Shown in pieces: positions 43,744 through 50,398 of a stretch of DNA of 64,000 bases; position 1 is the stretch's first letter; every line of letters starts with the position of its first letter. A model generated the notes under the pieces. The model was not told where the DNA came from and ran no database searches. It saw only the letters and a program-made list of their open reading frames with translations. The stretch is from an uncultured Bacteroidaceae bacterium. Its GTDB lineage: Bacteria; Bacteroidota; Bacteroidia; Bacteroidales; Bacteroidaceae. Location of the stretch: assembly GCA_905233765.1 (NCBI GenBank), contig CAJOCU010000005.1, positions 31,811 through 95,810 of the forward strand. Reading direction: 5' to 3'. A program made the position numbers and the translations under genes.

Positions 43744-44325
43744 TTAAACGTTAAACGAGATTTCTTTATACTCTTTCAACTGCCTCCGTATGAGTTGCAT
43801 CGTCTTGTGCAATCGGCTCTTGACAGTCCCCATGGGTATTTCGAGGATGACGGCTATCTGCGGCACAGTGAGCTCTTCCTCGTAGCGGAGGGAGAAAAGG
43901 AGGCGCAAAGGTGCTGGGAGATTGTCGAGTACGGCAGCAAGGGTGCGCTTCAGCGTCTCACGATCCATCTCCACTTCGATGTTTTCTGTGGTCATTGGCT
44001 CTGCATCTATGGTGGCGAGGAAATAGGCTTCGTAGGCATTGCGGCGATAACGGTTACGGCAGAGGTTGTAGGCGATGGTGAACAGCCAGGTGGCGAAGTC
44101 GCGCCCTTTGACATAGCGGTCACGAGCTTCGAAGAGGCGAAGGAAGGTGTCGTGCGTGGCATCTGCCGCTGCATCTTCATCGCCGCCCAGCTGGCGGAAG
44201 AAGAAACCTTGCAGCCGACGGGCATAGCGGCGATAAAGTTCATCGAAGGCCGCATCACTGCCAGCGCCGACGCGCAGCATCAGCTGCTCGTCGGACTGAC
44301 TTGAAAGAAGGAATCGTCTCAGCAT
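43744..44325 (-). CDS. ECF (sigma-70 family group 4) RNA polymerase sigma factor
   Basis: Contains AFDELYRRYARRLQGFF, FATWLFTIAYNLCRN and NLPAPLRLLFSLRYEEELTVPQIAVILEIPMGTVKSRLHK. Confidence 0.85.
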   Translation of the reverse strand: MLRRFLLSSQSDEQLMLRVGAGSDAAFDELYRRYARRLQGFFFRQLGGDEDAAADATHDTFLRLFEARDRYVKGRDFATWLFTIAYNLCRNRYRRNAYEAYFLATIDAEPMTTENIEVEMDRETLKRTLAAVLDNLPAPLRLLFSLRYEEELTVPQIAVILEIPMGTVKSRLHKTMQLIRRQLKEYKEISFNV

Positions 44326-44328
44326 GAC

Positions 44329-45492
44329 TTATTCGTCTCGTGTCAACAACTGCAAAATCTCCTGTTTTCGTTCTTCACTGAGTGACGTATTTGTCACACC
44401 ACTTATCAATCGATTTATCAACCAATCATAGCGCTTTTCGTCATGTCTGGCATAATAAGGCAGTAGATCCGCTAACACCACAGCGTAATTGGCAGACAGC
44501 CGCTGTCCGGCAGTCCAATCGGGGCGGAACGACACGAGCAGGTACTCCAGCATATAGCGTTCCTCTACGTTGCGACGCTTCACTGCCATATTATCGTAGG
44601 ACTTCTTGCTATATTTCAGCGTCAACCCTTCATTGTAGAGGTGCTCTTCCCAGGGCTTCATCGTCTCTGAAGGCGTAGTGGAGGAGAAATACACCTTGCT
44701 GCCATATTTGTCAATGATGACTTGTAAAAGCGCCTGCTCATATTCGTTATATGAACCATAGTCACCCTCTTCCCATGATGGCAATGCAACACCCAGCTTC
44801 TTGGACAGCCATTCCCGATACTCTTTCACAGCCAGGAACGACACACATACCACTGTCTTGTCGCAATGCTTTTTCATACCTTCCTGGATAAGCCATTTGG
44901 GGATGATGGCAGCGTCGCCACTGGCGAAGATGATGCCGCCGGAGTCCATTCCTGCCAGTTCATTGTAGTTGTAGCGCAGCACGGCTTCAGAATAGATGCC
45001 GCTGTCGAAGTATCGTTTGGCCAGCTGTGCCATTCGAGCCACGTCGCCTTTCATAGCTAAGTAGCACACCCATCGGTCGTAGTCGAAGAACTCCATCTCA
45101 TCAGGCAACTTCGCCAGCGCCGCCTCGGCATAGCGATCGCCGTCGGTTCCTCCAGTGCCATGGCCACCAACAATGGCGCTGTAGGCACAATAGTTATAAG
45201 TGTAGCTATCTGGAATGGCTTGGCTCATCTCACGGATGACCTGCCGGACTGATGTATCTTCGGGTTGGAACCAGAGCATGTAACGTGCTGCGTGGTAATA
45301 GTTCAACCAGGCCCATTCATCATCGGGACTCTTACGGGTTGCCTCCTGCCAGGCATTCTTCTGTTCCACGTACCATACGAAGTCCTTCTCCGTTACAATC
45401 GGACTTTCCACCTTTACAGCCTTCGTCTGTGCCCATACCCCAAGGGTAAGAGCCAATCCAGCGAGGCTCGAGATGATTCTATTTGCTTTCAT
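44329..45492 (-). CDS. hypothetical secreted protein
   Basis: From ORF 44329..45669, with the start set at the signal peptide MKANRIISSLAGLALTLGVWAQ. Its stop lies 3 nt upstream of the ECF sigma start. No family recognised. Confidence 0.6.
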   Translation of the reverse strand: MKANRIISSLAGLALTLGVWAQTKAVKVESPIVTEKDFVWYVEQKNAWQEATRKSPDDEWAWLNYYHAARYMLWFQPEDTSVRQVIREMSQAIPDSYTYNYCAYSAIVGGHGTGGTDGDRYAEAALAKLPDEMEFFDYDRWVCYLAMKGDVARMAQLAKRYFDSGIYSEAVLRYNYNELAGMDSGGIIFASGDAAIIPKWLIQEGMKKHCDKTVVCVSFLAVKEYREWLSKKLGVALPSWEEGDYGSYNEYEQALLQVIIDKYGSKVYFSSTTPSETMKPWEEHLYNEGLTLKYSKKSYDNMAVKRRNVEERYMLEYLLVSFRPDWTAGQRLSANYAVVLADLLPYYARHDEKRYDWLINRLISGVTNTSLSEERKQEILQLLTRDE

Positions 45493-45773
45493 TGTCTTAA
45501 TGATTCCGTTTTTTAGTATTACTGTTTTGGAAAGCAGCATGACGTCGTTTGCCTTTCTACTACAGCATACACACGAAAACGGAAACCGTTCACGGAAATC
45601 ACCACAAAAGTACACTCTTTTCCAGAGAAAACGCCAACCTTTACGTAACTTCTTTCCCCAATACTGCATTTTTCCCCTCTTTCCCTCCTCATCCTTCTTT
45701 TTTCTACATTTTATGATTATGATTTAGAGAATTGTTGCACACTTGCAGACAGAAACCAAGAGGATTAAGAATC

Positions 45774-46111
45774 ATGACCTACTTAAACCAGTTCCACAAG
45801 GAAGCGACGGAGCGCAAGATGAGGAAAATCGAAGAATCCATGCAGTCGCCGATGAACTCCGAAGACTTTGCCAACTACATGAGACACAACATGGAGCTGG
45901 CAGCAAGCATATAGCCAATGCTCGTCTTGCTACGCAAGTGATGATAGATACTTATATGGCGGCTCTCGGTTTCACGAAGACTGACCGTGAAGGGCGTTTC
46001 ACCAACGGTGTTTATGAGGCTTGGGATTTGTTACCTCGCAACGTATTGGTTGACCAGGAAGGCGACCTCTATGACCTCTATGTGGTGGATGCAGAGATAA
46101 AGAGGCTCTGA
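45774..46111 (+). pseudogene. possible frameshifted gene remnant with a kinase-like tail
   Basis: Two overlapping frames: MTYLNQFHKEATERKMRKIEESMQSPMNSEDFANYMRHNMELAASI (stops at 45914) and ...KHIANARLATQVMIDTYMAALGFTKTDREGRFTNGVYEAWDLLPRNVLVDQEGDLYDLYVVDAEIKRL. The segment DLLPRNVLVD...VVDAE resembles a kinase catalytic loop plus a metal-binding motif. Confidence 0.3.
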
Positions 46112-46172
46112 AAGTTGCCCCGCCGCGTCATCACGGCGTGTACATAGGGCAACATCGAGTTTACGCCCTCCT

Positions 46173-46616
46173 TTAATCATGCATATTTGGTAAAAGAATC
46201 ATCGTGCTATCATTAGTTGAGCCTTTGCAGCTAAATTCAATGGGAAGATAGTATTTCATTCGTACTATTTTCCCTCCTAACTGTCCAGGTTTCCATTTGG
46301 GCATCTTCTTTGTAATACGAAGAGCTTCTTTATTCAACCTTGAGTCCGACGATTTTGCTATGCTGATATTTGTGAGACTTCCATCTTTTTCTACATAAAA
46401 GCTAACGACAACGCGTCCCTCTACTTCCTCTTCCTTGGCACATTTTGGATAGCACATGTTGCGTTTAATATAGTCCAATACGGCTTTATCACCGCCAGGG
46501 AAACGTGGGCATACCTCATAAGTTGACATGGGCTGTTCGCCATTGGTCTGCTGCGCGTTCGCTATGAGGACGGCGGATACTGCGAACATTGCGGTGATGA
46601 TGAATTTCTTGTTCAT
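46173..46616 (-). CDS. TonB C-terminal domain protein (energy transducer TonB family)
   Basis: Has a signal peptide. PRFPGGDKAVLDYIKRNMCYPKCAKEEEVEGRVVVSFYVEKDGSLTNISI is TonB_C-like. Confidence 0.75.
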   Translation of the reverse strand: MNKKFIITAMFAVSAVLIANAQQTNGEQPMSTYEVCPRFPGGDKAVLDYIKRNMCYPKCAKEEEVEGRVVVSFYVEKDGSLTNISIAKSSDSRLNKEALRITKKMPKWKPGQLGGKIVRMKYYLPIEFSCKGSTNDSTMILLPNMHD

Positions 46617-46702
46617 AATGACAAGCATGTGCTGCGGCAGTTATTATTCTTCATTAGGAAGCGTGTGCCTACTGCACGTAGTCGATGGCGTGTGTCAAAC
46701 TA

Positions 46703-47245
46703 TCAAAAGTTCTCCGCCTTAATCTGGAAGTAGCTTTGGGGATGGTCGCAGGTGGGACACACCTCGGGCGCTTGCTTGCCGATGACGATGTGTCCGCAGT
46801 TGGAGCATTGCCAGATGACATCGCCCTCACGCGAGAAGACCACCGCATCCTCGATGTTCTTCAGCAAGCGACGATAGCGCTCTTCGTGGTGTTTCTCGAT
46901 GGCGCCTACAAGCTCAAACTTCTGAGCAATCTCGTCGAAGCCCTCTTCACGAGCCTCCTGAGCCATACGGGCATACATATCAGTCCACTCGAAGTTCTCG
47001 CCGTTGGCGGCATCTGCCAGATTCGTAGCGGTATCGCTCACGCTGCCGCCGTTCAGGTACTTATACCACATCTTGGCGTGCTCCTTCTCGTTGGCTGCCG
47101 TCTCCTCGAAGATGGCAGCAATCTGCACGAAGCCGTCCTTCTTAGCCCTCGATGCAAAATATGTGTACTTGTTGCGAGCCATGCTCTCGCCTGCAAATGC
47201 CTCCTTGAGGTTCTGCTCGGTCTTGGTTCCTTTCAACGCTTTCAT
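46703..47245 (-). CDS. rbr: rubrerythrin
   Basis: It has ferritin-like EGE/EKEH diiron motifs and the C-terminal rubredoxin motifs CSNCGH...CPTCDHP. Confidence 0.9.
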   Translation of the reverse strand: MKALKGTKTEQNLKEAFAGESMARNKYTYFASRAKKDGFVQIAAIFEETAANEKEHAKMWYKYLNGGSVSDTATNLADAANGENFEWTDMYARMAQEAREEGFDEIAQKFELVGAIEKHHEERYRRLLKNIEDAVVFSREGDVIWQCSNCGHIVIGKQAPEVCPTCDHPQSYFQIKAENF

Positions 47246-47424
47246 AGGTTTCTTGTTAATGGTAGCAATACCAGTTCAAACTGTTTCTTGATCTTACGTG
47301 GACAATAATAGCGAAAAATCTCCAATCTCTTATCATAAAGAAGACAGAAACTTCATTTTGGCTGTAACATTTCCGACTTTTCCCTACAACATGCTCCGCC
47401 GTCATCCTATCGGGAATCTGTCGA

Positions 47425-47467
47425 AAGAAAAACTTTTGCGTAAAACCCTATGAACGCTCTGGCGGAA
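47425..47467. repeat. ~42 nt conserved intergenic motif, copy 2
   Basis: aaagaaaaacttttgcgtaaaaccctatgaacgctctggcggaa. See copy 1 at 41653. Confidence 0.55.
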
Positions 47468-47773
47468 CATTGCTAATGATATAGAATGGGATGAAAGACA
47501 TGAGTGGACAGGATGACGAGGAAAATTCGATACGTTGTAGGGGATGATTCGATGCATTGTTGTTGACGAAGCAACGCATTTTAGGAGTCGTTTTGTCTAA
47601 ATGTTTTGATTATTCCATGATGATGGAATGATTATTCAATCATGATGGAATGATGAGGAGATAAGGATGTGTTGAACGAAAGAACCCATCGCATCATGCG
47701 ATGCGACGGGTCTTCTGGATTCAGTCGAGCAAGCCTATGCGCACGGAAAAGGCGAAGAGAACCATTCTCCAGG

Positions 47774-47822
47774 AGGCTACTCGGCATTGCTACGCTCAAG
47801 TAGGCTACTCGGCACGGCTACG
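47774..47822. repeat. two 21 nt direct repeats just downstream of the preA-like gene
   Basis: aggctactcggcattgctacg (47774) and aggctactcggcacggctacg (47802), 19 of 21 identical and 28 nt apart. Confidence 0.55.
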
Positions 47823-47848
47823 ACACCAGCAAGCTGATTTATAAATTT

Positions 47849-49339
47849 CTACGGTTGTTTCTTGGGGATGCGCTTTGTCACGCCGATGGCACCCGCCGGG
47901 CATACCAGGCGGCAGAGGTGACACCCGACGCATTTGGTGCCCACGATGCGGGGCTGGCGGGTCTCATGATTGAAGACGATGGCCTGATGACCGCCGTCGT
48001 TGCATGAGATTTCACAGCGCCCGCAGCCTACGCACAGTTCGCGGTTGATCTTGGGATAGATGATGGAGCCGCGATCCAGATTATCCGGCTTGAGGAATGA
48101 TGGCAGCTGCTCGCCCACGAGCTCTTCTAAGCGGGTGATGCCGTGCTTGGCCATATAGCGTTGCAGGCCCAGTTGCAGGTCGTCGATGATGCGGTAGCCA
48201 TATTGCATGACGGCAGTGCAGACTTGCACGTTGCTGCAGCCCAGCTGGATGAATTCCAGGGCATCGCACCAGGTCTCGATGCCGCCGATGCCGCTGAGCG
48301 CTAATCTTGGATTTTCAACATTGCCCTTTATACCGCAGTCCACCTCTGACAGTTCCAGGATATGGCGCAGGGCGATGGGACGGACGGCACGGCCGGAGTA
48401 GCCGGAAACGGCGCGATGGCCAGCAACCTCGGCATCTTCGTCCATCGTTACGGACTTGATGGTGTTGATGGCTGAAATGGCATCAGCACCCGCCTCCACA
48501 CATGCCTGGGCAGGCTCTGCGATGTGGGTGATGTTGGGGGTCATCTTGGAAATGACAGGGATATGGACACTACGCTTGACACAGGCGGTGAAGGCCCTCA
48601 CCAGTTCGGGACTTTGGCCTACGTCGCTGCCCATCCCCTTGTGTGTCATCTGCGGACATGAGAAGTTCAGTTCCACGGCGTCGCAACCTGCCGCCTCGGC
48701 CTTCTTGGCGAGCGCTATCCACTCCTCTTCGGTCTGTCCCATGATGGAGGCCACCACGACCTTGGTGGGGTAGTCTTGTTTCAGGCGGCGCAGGATGTCG
48801 AAGTCCATATCCAAGGGGTTCTCGCTCAGCTGTTCCATGTTGCGGAAACCGTAGAAGTCGCCGTGGGTAGCGTTGCTGTGTATGGCATCGAAGCGGGGCG
48901 ACACCTCCTTGATTTCCTGCAGGCAGATGGTCTTGTAAAAGACTCCTGCCCAACCGGCTTCGAAGGCTTTGGCCACCATCTCATAGTTGGTGCACACGGC
49001 AGATGAGGCGAGGAAAAACGGATTCTCGCAGGGGATGCCGCAGAACGTGATGTCGAGGGTGGGATAGTGGCTGTCGTCCACGTCGTCCTCATGGATGCTG
49101 CGCAGCACCTCCTTGATTCGGATGGGCCAGTTGTAGTGGATGCAGGCCTGCTCAGCCCGTTCCAGATCGGCGTCGGTACAGTTCTTCACCCAGCGCAAAG
49201 CTGGCTTGTGGTTGACAAAGCGGATGGCGCGGATGGCCCGTGCCGGGTCGCCAGTCTGGCAGGCTTGTGTGCAGGGAGCGTCCTGACACAACAGGCAGCG
49301 GCTGGCTTCTTCATAGATGTTTACTTTTCGGTTGGTCAT
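47849..49339 (-). CDS. dihydropyrimidine/dihydroorotate dehydrogenase-family flavoprotein with N- and C-terminal Fe-S cluster motifs (PreA-like)
   Basis: The start is set at MTNRKVNIYEE (ATG at 49339). It contains CLLCQDAPCTQAC, ENPFFLASS, and the C-terminal ferredoxin motifs CVGCGRCEISC and CVGCHLCRLVCP. Confidence 0.8.
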   Translation of the reverse strand: MTNRKVNIYEEASRCLLCQDAPCTQACQTGDPARAIRAIRFVNHKPALRWVKNCTDADLERAEQACIHYNWPIRIKEVLRSIHEDDVDDSHYPTLDITFCGIPCENPFFLASSAVCTNYEMVAKAFEAGWAGVFYKTICLQEIKEVSPRFDAIHSNATHGDFYGFRNMEQLSENPLDMDFDILRRLKQDYPTKVVVASIMGQTEEEWIALAKKAEAAGCDAVELNFSCPQMTHKGMGSDVGQSPELVRAFTACVKRSVHIPVISKMTPNITHIAEPAQACVEAGADAISAINTIKSVTMDEDAEVAGHRAVSGYSGRAVRPIALRHILELSEVDCGIKGNVENPRLALSGIGGIETWCDALEFIQLGCSNVQVCTAVMQYGYRIIDDLQLGLQRYMAKHGITRLEELVGEQLPSFLKPDNLDRGSIIYPKINRELCVGCGRCEISCNDGGHQAIVFNHETRQPRIVGTKCVGCHLCRLVCPAGAIGVTKRIPKKQP

Positions 49340-49374
49340 AGGTCTTAAAGGTGTTAGTGTTTTTAAATATGTTC

Positions 49375-50376
49375 CTAGTCGTTGATAGCTCCGCAGTAGG
49401 GGCAGACACCCTTCTGCTGCAGGCGTTGGTGGCAGCGTCCGCAGAGGTAGCGCGGACGTGCATATACGATATATCGGTAGAGGGCAAAGACGATGTAGGC
49501 GATGGTGAGGATGGCGGTCAGGAAGAGCGGCGTGAGGGAGATGACGAGGTAAGCAATCATGCACACGGCCAAGAGGGCCAGCAGGTAGAGGATGGCAGCA
49601 CCGGTAGGCAGCATCTTCATGACATCATCGATGACGACGAGGGTGAGCAGGAACAAAGCCCAAACGGCACAGAGGAACAGGCACAGCAGGAGAGGCTGCG
49701 AAAAAGGTGTGAGCGTGGGATGGTAGTAGAACTGCACCCACATTTGAGGATAGCTGTGCTGGATGAGGGCATAGAGCCATGCGGTGGCAGTGAGGGTGAC
49801 GACCAAAAGGGTGGGGTAGATGCTGGGGATGTCGTCGAGATGAATCATTCGGAAGCGTTTCCGGCGAAGGATATGCACCAGGGCGAAGGCTGCTGCGACA
49901 GCCATCACGATGAGGAACCACAAGACGTGGCCGTCGGAGAAGAAATGAATGAATTGGCTGATGGGGTCGTCGGGTGTGGTTGCTTGCAGAAGGTCGTTCT
50001 CATGGAGCCAGCCCATCGTCTCTTGATCACGTGCCACCTTAATCCAGACGCTATCGACAGAATCCTCGGGAATGGTGGTGATGGCTGCGATGACGAGCTG
50101 GTTGTGCTTCATAATCCAGATACTGTCGCTACTTTCGGCAACGCCTCCGCTCCAGTGCATGGGCCGATCCTCAACAAGCAGGAGACTATCGGCGTGCACT
50201 AACAAGTTGTAGCCCACGCCGTAGGGACGGCTGAGGCGCTGGGCGGTGCTGTCGGTATCAGGGGAGTCGATGATGATGTGCTGGGGTGGAGCGTAGCAGG
50301 AGGAGAACATTATCACTGCTGCGATAATGAATGAAAAATGAAAAGTGAAGAGTGAAAAATGAAATATTCTTTTCAT
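49375..50376 (-). CDS. lipoprotein-like multi-pass membrane protein with a C-terminal zinc-ribbon (CGRC...CPYCG)
   Basis: The start is set at MKRIFHFSLFTFHFSFIIAAVIMFSSC. There are five or six TM segments. The signal peptide is encoded by a heptamer array. Confidence 0.6.
   Translation of the reverse strand: MKRIFHFSLFTFHFSFIIAAVIMFSSCYAPPQHIIIDSPDTDSTAQRLSRPYGVGYNLLVHADSLLLVEDRPMHWSGGVAESSDSIWIMKHNQLVIAAITTIPEDSVDSVWIKVARDQETMGWLHENDLLQATTPDDPISQFIHFFSDGHVLWFLIVMAVAAAFALVHILRRKRFRMIHLDDIPSIYPTLLVVTLTATAWLYALIQHSYPQMWVQFYYHPTLTPFSQPLLLCLFLCAVWALFLLTLVVIDDVMKMLPTGAAILYLLALLAVCMIAYLVISLTPLFLTAILTIAYIVFALYRYIVYARPRYLCGRCHQRLQQKGVCPYCGAIND
50331..50365. repeat. tandem heptanucleotide array (5 units, RTGAARA) encoding a signal peptide
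   Basis: atgaaaa atgaaaa gtgaaga gtgaaaa atgaaat. The coding strand gives FHFSLFTFHFSF. Confidence 0.65.
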
Positions 50377-50398
50377 AGCGGATAATGCTCTTGAACTC

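Noticed and set aside
46116-46156. Stem gttgccc...gggcaac between the gene remnant and the TonB-domain gene as a rho-independent terminator
   Set aside because: It has a 7 bp outer stem with a 27 nt interior and no adjacent T-tract on either strand, which is too weak to annotate.
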